Source: a virus
Lineage: Duplodnaviria; Caudoviricetes
Direction: 5' to 3' (one strand)
IMG/VR virus record: IMGVR_UViG_3300026549_000046
Coordinates: 32,001-96,000 of that record
Length of the DNA: 64,000 nt
Position numbers and translations under genes: made by a program. Below, one piece after another: positions 1 through 10,564 of the stretch. How positions within the stretch are numbered: position 1 is the stretch's first letter; each line of letters starts with the position of its first letter. The notes beneath the pieces are model-generated. The model was given only the letters and a program-made list of their open reading frames with translations, made no database searches and had not been told where the DNA came from.

Positions 1-433
1 GGATGCTCCAATTATGGGGAACGAGAAAACTATTCTGTTGGATATTCAGATGGAAGTTCCTGGAATAGAACCTAGGGTTTATAAATTAAAAGCTAAACTT
101 GATAATTTTAGTATAGATACTGAAGAAAATATTATAACTGTTAATGATTTAAAGACTACTAGCAGGCCTGCTGTACAATTTGATCCTACATTCTTTAGTT
201 ATCAACGCGAAATAGCGTTCTATAGCTATCTTCTTAAACAGGTAACGAAGAAATACTATAATATAGACAAACCTACTATTAAAGGCAATTTCTTAGTTGT
301 ATCTACAGTTCCAGATTATAATACATTGGTATATCCAATGACTTCTAAATTATTTAAGTCTGGGATTATGGAGGCACAGTATCTTCTTCGATGCATAGCA
401 TACTTTAATCAAGTTAAGGGGTATGAATTTTAA
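1..433 (+). CDS. PD-(D/E)XK (RecB/Cas4-like) nuclease, 5'-partial
   Basis: KAKLDN...VNDLKTT and YQREIAFY motifs; frame is open to the window edge. Confidence 0.7.
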   Translation, partial: DAPIMGNEKTILLDIQMEVPGIEPRVYKLKAKLDNFSIDTEENIITVNDLKTTSRPAVQFDPTFFSYQREIAFYSYLLKQVTKKYYNIDKPTIKGNFLVVSTVPDYNTLVYPMTSKLFKSGIMEAQYLLRCIAYFNQVKGYEF

Positions 434-773
434 TGAACTAAGAAACTTTTATTTTGAACATTATAGTTTAGGATATTTAAATCTTCCAGAGTCTAATGGA
501 CATTCTCCATTTGAAAGGAAATTAATTCTTATTAGCCTTATTTGCTATATATATGATAAAAATAAGGCTAAAAATCCAGATTTAACTTATTATTCTTTAA
601 TATATAAATTAAGTAAAAATTTAGGATTGCCAGAAAACTTTTTAAAGGGATTGGCTATAGTTTGTGAAGATTTTGCATATGGATGTAAAAATTCTTTTCC
701 GACTTTCGGATTAGAAGGTAAAAAAATTATAGAAGAAGTAATTTCTATACTTAAAACTTATGTTCCATTCTGA
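423..773 (+). CDS. hypothetical phage protein
   Basis: 116-aa ORF overlapping the upstream stop. Confidence 0.7.
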   Translation: MNFNELRNFYFEHYSLGYLNLPESNGHSPFERKLILISLICYIYDKNKAKNPDLTYYSLIYKLSKNLGLPENFLKGLAIVCEDFAYGCKNSFPTFGLEGKKIIEEVISILKTYVPF

Positions 774-880
774 TTTTGGTTTAAAATTAATATTAATTTT
801 GAATTAAAAATAAAAATAATTTTTATTTTGAATATATTAAAATAATTTATAATTTAATTTAAAATTAAAAAAATAAAACT

Positions 881-1792
881 ATGGAAGAAATATGGAAACC
901 AATTGAGGGATTTGATAATTATGAAGTTTCAAATTTAGGGAACGTAAAAAATATTAAAAAAGATAAAGAATTAAAGAAATAGTTAAATAAATATTATAGT
1001 GTAGGACTTTATGATAATAATGGAAAATGTCATAAAAAATTAGTACATAGATTAGTAGCATAGGCATTTATTCCAAATCCGAATAATCTATCAATAGTAA
1101 ATCATAAGGATGAAAATAAATTAAATAATAGAGTAGATAATTTAGAATGGACTACATTAGAAGAAAATATTTTATATAGTGTAAAATCTCATCCGAATGA
1201 CATTAGGTATAAAGGAGCTAGTAAAAAAATAATACAATATGATTTAAAAGGAGAATATATTAAAATATGGGATTCAATAATAGAAGCTGCTAAATATTAT
1301 AAACTTGCTGTTACTAGTATATCATATTGTTTAAATGGGAGATGTAAAAATTCTGGAGGATTCCAATGGAAGTTTTATTCGGAAAATTTTCCATTAAATA
1401 TAGAATCTTGTGAAAACAATTGTCATAGAAAAGTTAAAATAATACAATATGATTTAGAAGGAAACTATATTAAAACATGGAATTCTATTAAAGAAATAAA
1501 AAATATATTAGGAATTAAGACTCCTTACAGGATATCTGAATGTTGTAAAGGATTATTAGATAACTATAACGGATATATTTGGAAATATTATTCTGACAAT
1601 TTCTTAAAAAAAATCGAAGTAAAAAAATTAAGAATTTTACAGTATGATTTAAATGGAAATTTATTAAATATTTATGAAGATATACCAAAAGCTTTAACTT
1701 CAGTTAAAGGAGTATCAGAAAAAATGATTATAGATTGTTGTAATGGATTGAGAAAAAAAGCCTATGGATATATATGGAAAAAAGAAATATAA
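881..1792 (+). CDS. NUMOD4/HNH homing endonuclease with C-terminal NUMOD1-like repeats; two in-frame TAG read as Gln (303 aa)
   Basis: MEEIWKPIEGFDNYEVSNLG (NUMOD4), HRLVA*AFIPNP...VNHKDENKLNNRVDNLEW (HNH), repeated IIQYDLxG..IK.W.S modules; TAG at 980 and 1061; ends TAA at 1792. Confidence 0.85.
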
Positions 1793-1824
1793 TATTTTTT
1801 TAACATTTTTTAATGTTTATATAT

Positions 1825-1854
1825 TTTGAGGTTTTACTCTAAATAATATATTTA
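1825..1854 (+). promoter_or_regulatory. putative promoter, TTTG-N18-TATATTTA
   Basis: Close to the Bacteroidota -33/-7 consensus (TTTG...TAnnTTTG); the same motif recurs at 8333-8363. Confidence 0.45.
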
Positions 1855-1959
1855 AATTACTTTCCTAATTGAGGAAAGAGATTCATAAAATTTAAGTAGA
1901 TAATTTTTTATGTGGAGAATAATTCTCCAATGAATAATGATAAAAAATCATAAAATTTT

Positions 1960-2499
1960 ATGGAAACTAATGTAATTTTTTCAAAGTTTGAAACAATTGG
2001 TACAACCAAAGATGAAGCAATTCGTAACGCAGCTCCCCTTAACCTTCGTGTAGACGCTACCCAAGCTTATAAGAAGTGGGCTAAGGAAAATGTGACTAAT
2101 GAAGATAATGTTAAAGAATGGATGAAGGACTATTTGAAGAAGAAGAAGTTTACAATGCCTAATGATGGTGCTTATATTGTTCTTCAAAGTGCTGTAACTG
2201 ATACTCGTGAGCGTCCTTATAAGGTAACAAAGCCTGAATATAAAACCAGAACTCATAGTCCTGAAAGATTCTATATTCTTCGTGATGCTACTGGACATGA
2301 AGTTGGTAGAGAAAAGACTTCTAAGGCTGCTGAACAAGCCGCTAAGGATTTTGTAATAGACTATAAGGAAGACATTACTATTAATGTTGAATGGGATTCT
2401 AAGGAGAAGAACTCTTTGTATGCTACAGTTAAGTATACTCCTTCTAAGGGAACTCAGAAAGCAAAATTGCTCGTTTTTGGATATAAATCTATCGATTAA
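1960..2499 (+). CDS. hypothetical protein, probably highly expressed
   Basis: 179-aa ORF with distinct codon usage (AAG, CGT, GCT), flanked by a promoter-like motif and a terminator. Confidence 0.8.
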   Translation: METNVIFSKFETIGTTKDEAIRNAAPLNLRVDATQAYKKWAKENVTNEDNVKEWMKDYLKKKKFTMPNDGAYIVLQSAVTDTRERPYKVTKPEYKTRTHSPERFYILRDATGHEVGREKTSKAAEQAAKDFVIDYKEDITINVEWDSKEKNSLYATVKYTPSKGTQKAKLLVFGYKSID

Positions 2500-2524
2500 T
2501 TCAGATACTGAAAAAATCTCTATA

Positions 2525-2558
2525 AGCTGACTAGAATACTCTAGTCAGCTATTTTTTT
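2525..2558 (+). terminator. intrinsic terminator
   Basis: agctgactag-aatact-ctagtcagct perfect stem followed by a T run. Confidence 0.85.
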
Positions 2559-2586
2559 ATTTACCACCTTTGTAAAACATTGAAAA

Positions 2587-4113
2587 ATGAATAAAATAAG
2601 TGAAAAGAAAATACATGAAATTATTGAAGACTTGAGAAAGTATAAATCATTAAATAATAAGAAGCATAAAGCACAATATTATTATCAAGCTAGACAAAAT
2701 ATTATAGATTCTGACCATCCTATCGAATTAATTAAAGAATTTTTGGATGAATATTCTAAATGTAAAAAGAATGTTACAACAAAAGAATCCATAGAAACTG
2801 ATGATAGAGCTGTTACTGATGTAGAGAGGGATGAAGAAGGAAGAATTCAATTTTATACTTTTGAAATATTTAGAAAAGATAAAAATCCAATTGTTGGAAA
2901 GTTTTCTAGAGAAGAAATGAATCTAGTGTATAGATTATATTCATATTACGGAGATTCATTAACACAACGTGTTATTTCTAGAAACTTTCCTGAATATTCT
3001 TTAATAGATTTTAAAAGAATTTTGAGATGTTTCCAAATAACAAAGAGTTCAGCTCCTTTTGCTCCCCATATGTTTGAGGAATTAAGCGAAGAAGAGTTAA
3101 GAAGTATTCAATTACGTGAAAAAGAGAATAGTTTTCTTAGAAAAGCCGAATCTGATATAATTAAAAACAATGAAAAGCTTTTAAAACAATATGCTAATGA
3201 AAATATTGAATTAAAAAGAAAATTAGAATCATTAGAATCATTTAAAATTATTTTGGATGACTCCATAAAAAGTATAAATTTAAATTATACTAAAAATAAA
3301 TCAAATTCGGATATAAACTTATATATATCAGATATACACTTAGGAGCCACAGTAACTACTGGATCTTTATATAAAGAAAATGAAAATTATGGCTTTGATG
3401 AAGCTAAAAGAAGATTAGAGTGTATATTATACAAAATTAAAGAAATTGGGTCTTATAATTGTATTAATTTAGTATTAATGGGAGACAACATTGATTGTTG
3501 TGGATTTGTTGGAAAAACATCAAGATTAGACCATACTATGCCAGAAAATATGGATGCTAGAGAACAAGCAAATAAATATATTAATTTAATGCTTTGGTTT
3601 ATAGAGTCCATAGTTAATACAAAAGAATTCTATTCTAAAATTAATGTATATTCTGTTCCTTGTGGAAATCACGGAGGAAACTTTGAATATGTATGTAATA
3701 AAGCTTTATTATCAACAATTAATGTTAAGTTTCCAGAAATAGAAACTACTTTATGGGAAGAATTTTATGGTAGTTTTGAATTAAATAATCATACCTTTAT
3801 TTGCCTTCATGGAAAAGAAGATCAATACATGAAAAAAGGATTCCCATTAAACTTAAATGATTCTACTAAAGTATTATTGTATGAGTGGATTACAGAAAAT
3901 AATATAAAATCTAAAAACCCTATACATTTTATTAAAGGAGATTTGCACTCTGATGCTTTAAATTCTTGTAAATTAATTGATTATAGAAATGTTTTAAGTT
4001 TATTTGGAGCTTCTGATTATTCTAATTATAATTTTAGTAGAAATTCATATGGAATGTCTTATGATTTATTTTTAGGAGATAATTTAATTAGAGGTACATT
4101 TAATAATATTTAA
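2587..4113 (+). CDS. calcineurin-like metallophosphoesterase with N-terminal extension
   Basis: SDIHLG, MGDNID, CGNHG, LHG and GDLH motifs. Confidence 0.75.
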   Translation: MNKISEKKIHEIIEDLRKYKSLNNKKHKAQYYYQARQNIIDSDHPIELIKEFLDEYSKCKKNVTTKESIETDDRAVTDVERDEEGRIQFYTFEIFRKDKNPIVGKFSREEMNLVYRLYSYYGDSLTQRVISRNFPEYSLIDFKRILRCFQITKSSAPFAPHMFEELSEEELRSIQLREKENSFLRKAESDIIKNNEKLLKQYANENIELKRKLESLESFKIILDDSIKSINLNYTKNKSNSDINLYISDIHLGATVTTGSLYKENENYGFDEAKRRLECILYKIKEIGSYNCINLVLMGDNIDCCGFVGKTSRLDHTMPENMDAREQANKYINLMLWFIESIVNTKEFYSKINVYSVPCGNHGGNFEYVCNKALLSTINVKFPEIETTLWEEFYGSFELNNHTFICLHGKEDQYMKKGFPLNLNDSTKVLLYEWITENNIKSKNPIHFIKGDLHSDALNSCKLIDYRNVLSLFGASDYSNYNFSRNSYGMSYDLFLGDNLIRGTFNNI

Positions 4114-4115
4114 AT

Positions 4116-5225
4116 ATGATTAAAAATAAATTAACTAATGAAGAATTTATAGAAATTTGTAAATAGAAACACAATAATAAATATGATTATAGTAAGACAA
4201 ATTATATAAATTCCTAGACAAAAATAACCATAACTTGTCCTATTCACGGAGATTTTGAACAAAAGGCTTATGTACATAAACGCGGACAAGGATGTCCAAA
4301 ATGTGCAAAATCAGTTAAAATAACTACAGAATAGTGGATAGAAAAAGCTAAAAAAATTCACGGAAATAAATATGATTATTCTAAGTCTAAATATACTGGA
4401 GCACATAATAATATTATTATAATATGTCCTGAACATGGTGAATTTCAACAAAAAGCTTATTCTCATTTGAATGGGTAGGGATGCCCTAAATGTGCAAATA
4501 AAGTAAAAAGTAATGATGACTTTATAGAAAAAGCTAAAAAAGTGCACGGAGATAAATATGATTATTCTTTAGTAAATTATAAAGGGGCTTTTAATCCTAT
4601 AAGAATTATTTGTCCCATACATGGAGAATTCAAACAAAAACCAAGAGATCACGTTTAGGGGTGTGGTTGTCCAAAATGTGCTAGAAATATTAAATTAACA
4701 ACTGAAACATTTATTGAAAAAGCTAGAAAAATTCATGGAGATAAATATGATTATAGTAAAGTTAATTATATAAATAATCATACTAAAGTGTGTATTATAT
4801 GCCCTGAACACGGAGAGTTTTGGATGAAACCTAATAATCATATAAATGGACAAGAACAAGGTTGTCCCAAATGTTCCGAATCTCATGGAGAAAAGTTTAT
4901 AAGAACTTATTTTGTAAATAATAATATAGAATTTGAAAGAAATTATATTATAGATATAGATAAATCCATTAATAAATCTGGAACTGCTAAAATAGATTTC
5001 TATGTTCCAAAATATAATTTAGCTATTGAATATAATGGATAGCAACATTATATTCCTATGGGATTTAGTGGAGGATAGATAGCTTTTGAACATTAGTAGA
5101 AAAGAGATTAGTATATAAGAGACTACTGTAATAATAATAAAATTAAATTGTTAGAAATATCTTATGAATATAATACTCAAGAAAAAATTAATAATATATT
5201 AAATAATTTTTTTAAAAACTTATAA
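4116..5225 (+). CDS. homing-type endonuclease: four Zn-binding repeats plus C-terminal Vsr/DUF559-like nuclease; TAG-recoded (369 aa)
   Basis: Repeats YDYSK..Y......IICPxHGxFxQ....H..GxGCPKC; IDFYVPKYNLAIEYNG*QHY; about 10 in-frame TAG and no TAA/TGA until 5223-5225. Confidence 0.85.
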
Positions 5226-5347
5226 TGGATAAGACAGAAGAATTATTAGAAAGATGTTTTAAATGCAAAAGTTATCAAGAAGATGATTGTGGAATCTATT
5301 TTATGATGGCTTTATGGCAAAAAGAATGTCCATTTTTAAAAAATTAA
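5225..5347 (+). CDS. small Cys-rich hypothetical protein (40 aa)
   Basis: MDKTEELLERCFKCKSYQEDDC...; TAATG overlap with the upstream stop. Confidence 0.5.
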   Translation: MDKTEELLERCFKCKSYQEDDCGIYFMMALWQKECPFLKN

Positions 5348-5352
5348 ATACT

Positions 5353-6039
5353 ATGATTACAAGAGATAGTATTCTTTCTAAAGCAATAGAAGAATGTATG
5401 AAGGAATTATATTCTTTAGCCCTTCCTTCTATTTCTTGGGAAGATTTTATAGAGGAAAATAGAATATATAGAGAAAGAGAAAAAAAGTGGGTAAATCTTC
5501 CCAAAGAAAATAAAATTTCTCATATAGAATATTGTGGTCCAAAGCCATTTGAATTTTACTATATTCCAAAAGAAATAATGAAGGATATAGTAGACTCCTA
5601 CATTTATTCATATAAATTAGATCAAAAACAAGAATTGCTTGATACTATAGAAATTCTTAAAAATTACTGTAAAGATCCTGTAGTTGATAAATATATTGAA
5701 GAAGAAAATGGAAGTTCTAGATATAAAGAGTACGAACATTGTGATAATTTAGAAACAGAGTTAAATCAATTATTTAAAGAATATTTTGGAGATTCAGAAA
5801 CCGATTCTCATTATGTTGGCAAAGAAGTTCAAAACAAATTCTTTGAATTTCTTGATATGGCAGGAAAATTTTTTAACTGGAATAGTGAATTAAATTATTT
5901 TAGTACATCTATATATTTAGGAGCAAGTCCTAATTCTAATAAAGAAGCAGTTATAGAAAATTGGAAGAAATATAGAAATCAAGATATTGAAATTAATGAA
6001 GAACAAATTAAAAAAGAGTATTATGGTGACAATGAATGA
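5353..6039 (+). CDS. hypothetical protein
   Basis: ORF 5287..6039, with the ATG at 5353 preferred because it avoids overlap. Confidence 0.7.
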   Translation: MITRDSILSKAIEECMKELYSLALPSISWEDFIEENRIYREREKKWVNLPKENKISHIEYCGPKPFEFYYIPKEIMKDIVDSYIYSYKLDQKQELLDTIEILKNYCKDPVVDKYIEEENGSSRYKEYEHCDNLETELNQLFKEYFGDSETDSHYVGKEVQNKFFEFLDMAGKFFNWNSELNYFSTSIYLGASPNSNKEAVIENWKKYRNQDIEINEEQIKKEYYGDNE

Positions 6040-6394
6040 TGTTATAGCTTTTATTGAAAAGGCTATGAAAGAAAATTTAGATATAGAAACTCGTATTAGA
6101 GAGCCTAAAGAATATAATCAGTATCTAATTTATATTGGTTTTAATAAAGAAAAGTGTGTTACAATTGAAGTATTTTCTGATAAATATAATAGAAGATATA
6201 TTGAATTAAGAAAAACAGCATTAGATCCTCTAACTATAGAAATATCTGAAATGGATGTAGCTTTATTTAAAGTAGAATTTCTCAAAATTCAGGAATATTC
6301 TAAAAATAAAGTGATAGAATATTTTAATAATTTCTTTGACACAGATGAAGCTAAACCAACTACAATTAATGATTTAGATAACGAAGATGATTGA
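6032..6394 (+). CDS. hypothetical protein
   Basis: ORF translationally coupled to its neighbours. Confidence 0.65.
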   Translation: MNDVIAFIEKAMKENLDIETRIREPKEYNQYLIYIGFNKEKCVTIEVFSDKYNRRYIELRKTALDPLTIEISEMDVALFKVEFLKIQEYSKNKVIEYFNNFFDTDEAKPTTINDLDNEDD

Positions 6395-6506
6395 AGATAT
6401 ATTAGAAGGAGCCGAACAAGCTTTAGTTAATTTAGAAGGAATAGCAAGTCAAGAAGATATTAATGCTATTCAAAGATTAATTAATTTTGTACAGGAGGAA
6501 TATTAA

Positions 6507-7292
6507 ATGGAACTACAATTATCAGAATTGCTCGCAGGCCGCGCTACGAGAATAAAAAATAAAGAATATTACCCCACTAGTGCGTATGTTGAGCCTTTTC
6601 TTGAAAGAGTTAATAAATTAACCAATAATATAAGAATTAATGCAGTTACTCCGTCCCAAATAACATATACAGGAGATGGAAATCTTAGCACAGAAGATAT
6701 TACATATAATAGAGTAACTATTGAAGCTATTCTACCAGATACTATGAAGATAAATAATGATGAACATAAGGAGGTTATTGGAATGGTATATGGACTAGAT
6801 GTAAGAAAACCTGTAGTTAAGTTTTTTCATGCACGAGAAAGATGTGTTTGTACTAATATGTGTGTCTTTTCACCGTCTTTGTTGGCGTGTCAAGATTTAG
6901 AACCAGAGACTGCTATAGATTTTAGACCTCTTGATAGAATAATTGAACAAACTGATGATACTGTTGCACAACTAAAGAAACTTCTTGAAATGGAGTTCAA
7001 ATGTGATGAATATAATATTAACGAATCTTTGGGCAAGTGGATTAGAAATTGTATTAATTATTCTTATGATAATCATTATGGTAAGGTAAAGATTGCTTGT
7101 TCTACTCCAATTGATGCTTATAAGGCTTTATTTGAAAAAGAAGATTCTGATTATTTCTTTGATAATGAACCAGTAATTTCTATGTATAATATTTATAATG
7201 CCTTTACTCAAATAATTACCGACTCTAGAAAAAAGGACTCTTTTAATGTGTTTGAAAAAACTTTATTAATTAGTGATATACTTGGAGTATGA
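6507..7292 (+). CDS. DUF932-like phage protein
   Basis: ERCVCTNM motif and overall layout. Confidence 0.55.
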   Translation: MELQLSELLAGRATRIKNKEYYPTSAYVEPFLERVNKLTNNIRINAVTPSQITYTGDGNLSTEDITYNRVTIEAILPDTMKINNDEHKEVIGMVYGLDVRKPVVKFFHARERCVCTNMCVFSPSLLACQDLEPETAIDFRPLDRIIEQTDDTVAQLKKLLEMEFKCDEYNINESLGKWIRNCINYSYDNHYGKVKIACSTPIDAYKALFEKEDSDYFFDNEPVISMYNIYNAFTQIITDSRKKDSFNVFEKTLLISDILGV

Positions 7293-7507
7293 GTAGACAG
7301 GAGTATAATAGAAAAATTCTTACTAAGTTATGTGAATTGGTAGAAAAACATCCAGATTTAAGATTTGGACAACTTCTTGTTGATTGTGATATTATACGTC
7401 AAGAACCAAGAGCAGATGATATATTAACAATTGATCCATTCAACGAAGAATCAGAAATCACTTGGGAAAGAATGAAAAATAATAAATTAGTAACATGGCA
7501 AAATTAA
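7289..7507 (+). CDS. hypothetical phage protein (PDLRFGQL motif)
   Basis: 72-aa coupled ORF. Confidence 0.65.
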   Translation: MSRQEYNRKILTKLCELVEKHPDLRFGQLLVDCDIIRQEPRADDILTIDPFNEESEITWERMKNNKLVTWQN

Positions 7508-8325
7508 TAAAAAATCCAGTTTTAGGAGCTATCTGTGGAGATATGATAGGAGTTCCTTATGAATTTAGAAGAAATAAAGCAGAAAGAGATTTTCCTCTCT
7601 GGACTAATTATTCTAAATTTTCCGATGATACTGTAATGACTATTGCTGTAGCCGAATGGCTATTAACTCCTCCATATAGTACTGATGCTCTTGTTAAAAT
7701 TATGCAAAAATGGGGACGTAAATATCGTAATGCTGGATATGGTCATTTATTTGGAAAATGGATTGATTCAGATAATCCTCAACCATATAATAGTTTTGGT
7801 AATGGTTCAGCTATGAGAGTATCTCCAGTTGGATGTGCTTTTAAAACTGAAGAGACTACTTTAATTATGGCAGAACAATCTGCTTCTGTAAGTCACAATC
7901 ACCCAGAAGGAATTAAGGGAGCAAAAACTGTTGCATGGTTAATTCATGATATTAAAACTAGAGGTCCTGTTGATAAAGAATTTATATCTCAAGATTTTAA
8001 GAAAAAATTCTGTCACTTTGATTATAATATTAACAGAACTCCAGAAGAAATTATAAAATCAGGATATAAATTTGATTCAACTTGTCAAGGAAGTATTCCA
8101 GAAGCAATTTGCTGTTTCTTAAATAGTAATTCATATGAAGAAACTGTTAGAAATGCAATTTATATAAATGGAGACTGTGATACTCAAGCAGCGATAGCAG
8201 GTTCTATTGCAGCAGCTTATTGGGGAATTCCCAAAGATATTGCTAATGAAGGATTAGACAGACTTCCAGATGATATATATGATATTTTAGAGAAATTCTC
8301 TGAAAAATATAATTTGGACTTATAA
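7495..8325 (+). CDS. ADP-ribosylglycohydrolase (DraG/ARH family)
   Basis: GAICGDMIG, FSDDT, SFGNGSAMRVSP, SHNHPEG and GDCDTQAAIAGSIA motifs. Confidence 0.92.
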   Translation: MAKLIKNPVLGAICGDMIGVPYEFRRNKAERDFPLWTNYSKFSDDTVMTIAVAEWLLTPPYSTDALVKIMQKWGRKYRNAGYGHLFGKWIDSDNPQPYNSFGNGSAMRVSPVGCAFKTEETTLIMAEQSASVSHNHPEGIKGAKTVAWLIHDIKTRGPVDKEFISQDFKKKFCHFDYNINRTPEEIIKSGYKFDSTCQGSIPEAICCFLNSNSYEETVRNAIYINGDCDTQAAIAGSIAAAYWGIPKDIANEGLDRLPDDIYDILEKFSEKYNLDL

Positions 8326-8332
8326 TTAATAT

Positions 8333-8417
8333 TTTGACATAAAAGGTTTAATAAATATATTTAATATTCATGGCTATTAAAATAGTTAGATATTTAAATT
8401 ATTTATTAAACTTTTAT
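8333..8417 (+). promoter_or_regulatory. promoter-like motif inside a long inverted repeat upstream of nrdD
   Basis: TTTG-N19-TATATTTA at 8333-8363; arms ataaaaggtttaataaata / tatttattaaacttttat. Confidence 0.45.
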
Positions 8418-8425
8418 TATTTTTT

Positions 8426-10564
8426 ATGAAAATTGTAAAAAGAAACGGACTAAAAGAAGAATACGATGCTAGAAAAATTATAAATGCTGTACAAAAAGCA
8501 TTTATATCATGTCAAGAGCATATAGATAATGAAGATTTACTAGAAATTATTAATTCGATTTCTATTTGGGAAAATATTAAATGTGAAGATATTGAAGACC
8601 AAGTAGAAGAACTTTTAATGTCTCAAGGATTTTACGATGTAGCTAAAGCGTATATCTTATATAGAGAACAACATAAAAATGCAAGATATATTCAAGACAG
8701 AATAGATTATATGAGTAAATATATCAATTCTTCTGATAATGCTGCTTCTTCATCTGAAACGGATGATAATGCTAATGTTTCCGTCAAAAACGTAGCTAAT
8801 TTAGAAGGTGAAGTTTATAAAACAACTAACCGCATTATACAAAGAAGAAGAATGAGAAAAAAATTGTCTGAAATCTTTCCAGAAGTTTCTAGCCAATATG
8901 AAAAGGATTTAAATCATCATATAATTTATACACATGACGAAGCTTCTACTCCAGTTTTAAAAGATTACTGTATGGCAGTTAGTTTGTATCCATTAATTAC
9001 TGAAGGGGTTGGCAATTTAGACGGAACAACTCCTAGTGCCCCTAACAATTTAAATTCTTTTTGTGGACAAATAGTCAATGCGGCATTTCTTTTAGCTGCT
9101 CAATGTAAAGGGGCAGTAGCTTTTGGTGGACTGTTTATTGCTTTTAATTATTATTGCATTAAAGAGTGGGGGAAGGATTATTATAAACACGATAACGATT
9201 TAATAACAACTAGTGTTTGTAATAAACAAAGAACTATTTCTGGAGCTATAGAACAAGCTTTTCAAGAAATTGTTTATGGATGGAATCAGCCTGCTGGAAA
9301 TCGAAGTTATCAGAGTCCTTTTACAAATATATCTTACTATGATTCCAATTATTTTAGAGCCATATTTGAAGATTTTATGTACCCAGATTTTACAAAACCA
9401 GAATGGGAAGCAATTGATTATCTTCAGAAAAAATTTATGAAATGGTTTAATAACGAAAGAACTAAAACAGTACTTACCTTTCCTGTAGAAACAATGGCTC
9501 TATTATCAGATGGAAATGATATTATAGATAAAGATTATAAAAACTTTACAGCAGAAATGTATGCTGAAGGACATTCTTTTTTTACTTATATATCTGATAA
9601 TGCTGATTCATTAAGCTCATGCTGTAGACTTAGAAATGAAATAGTGTCTAATGAATTTAGTTTTACTAATGGGCTTACTGGATTAAAAACAGGATCTTGC
9701 AATGTTATTACTTTAAATCTCAATAGAATTGTTCAAGATTGGGTAAAGTCAATTGGGGGAAAAATTCCGACAGTTGGAAATCAATATGATAGCTTAAAAT
9801 TTTATCTTATAAATATTCTAGAAAGAGTATATAAGTATCATATTGCTTATAAAACAATGCTTTATGAAGTAGAAAAGAAAGGAATGTTTACTTATAGTAA
9901 TGCTAATTATATTTCTATTAAAGATTTATTTAGTACAATAGGACTGAACGGAATTAATGAAGCAGCAATGTTCTTAGGAATAGATATTTCTTATAATGAA
10001 GAGTACAAAGATTTTTGTAATTTAATTACGGGAACAATTAGTGAACAAAATAAGCTTCATAGTACAAAAGAATTTCGTTTTAATAGTGAGTTTGTACCTG
10101 CAGAAAGTTTGGGAGCTAAGAATTTTAATTGGGATAAAGAAGATGGTTATATAGTTCCTAATGATGGAAGAGTTTTATATAATTCTTATTTCTATGATGC
10201 CCATGACGATACTTCAGTACTTGATAAATTTAGATTACATGGACGAGAATTTACTTCATTACTTGATGGTGGTGTAGGATTACATTGTAATTTAAATGAA
10301 CACCTTTCTAAAGAACAATATCTTAAACTTATAGATTTTGCTATAGAAGAAGGTACCTCTTATTTTACCTTTAATGTTCCTAATACTGAATGTAATGATT
10401 GTAAATTTATTACTAAAAAATATACTCATACTTGTCCTAAGTGTGGTAGTAGTAATCTTACTTATTGGACCAGAATAATAGGATATTTAAGACCTACTAA
10501 GAATTTTAGTAATGCAAGACAAATAGAAGAAAAACAAAGAACTTATAGTAAGGAGGTTGAGTAA
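8426..10564 (+). CDS. nrdD: anaerobic (class III) ribonucleoside-triphosphate reductase
   Basis: N-terminal ATP cone (MKIVKRNG), SSCCRL, Zn CxxC pairs, glycyl-radical motif TRIIGYL. Confidence 0.95.
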   Translation: MKIVKRNGLKEEYDARKIINAVQKAFISCQEHIDNEDLLEIINSISIWENIKCEDIEDQVEELLMSQGFYDVAKAYILYREQHKNARYIQDRIDYMSKYINSSDNAASSSETDDNANVSVKNVANLEGEVYKTTNRIIQRRRMRKKLSEIFPEVSSQYEKDLNHHIIYTHDEASTPVLKDYCMAVSLYPLITEGVGNLDGTTPSAPNNLNSFCGQIVNAAFLLAAQCKGAVAFGGLFIAFNYYCIKEWGKDYYKHDNDLITTSVCNKQRTISGAIEQAFQEIVYGWNQPAGNRSYQSPFTNISYYDSNYFRAIFEDFMYPDFTKPEWEAIDYLQKKFMKWFNNERTKTVLTFPVETMALLSDGNDIIDKDYKNFTAEMYAEGHSFFTYISDNADSLSSCCRLRNEIVSNEFSFTNGLTGLKTGSCNVITLNLNRIVQDWVKSIGGKIPTVGNQYDSLKFYLINILERVYKYHIAYKTMLYEVEKKGMFTYSNANYISIKDLFSTIGLNGINEAAMFLGIDISYNEEYKDFCNLITGTISEQNKLHSTKEFRFNSEFVPAESLGAKNFNWDKEDGYIVPNDGRVLYNSYFYDAHDDTSVLDKFRLHGREFTSLLDGGVGLHCNLNEHLSKEQYLKLIDFAIEEGTSYFTFNVPNTECNDCKFITKKYTHTCPKCGSSNLTYWTRIIGYLRPTKNFSNARQIEEKQRTYSKEVE

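Noticed and set aside
774-880. AT-rich palindromes as a replication origin
   Set aside because: Nearly pure A/T sequence makes palindromes expected; no iterons or other support
4140-4880. ~190-nt periodic repeats as a CRISPR array or DGR template/variable repeats
   Set aside because: They are degenerate protein-coding Zn-module repeats; no identical direct repeats and no reverse transcriptase seen
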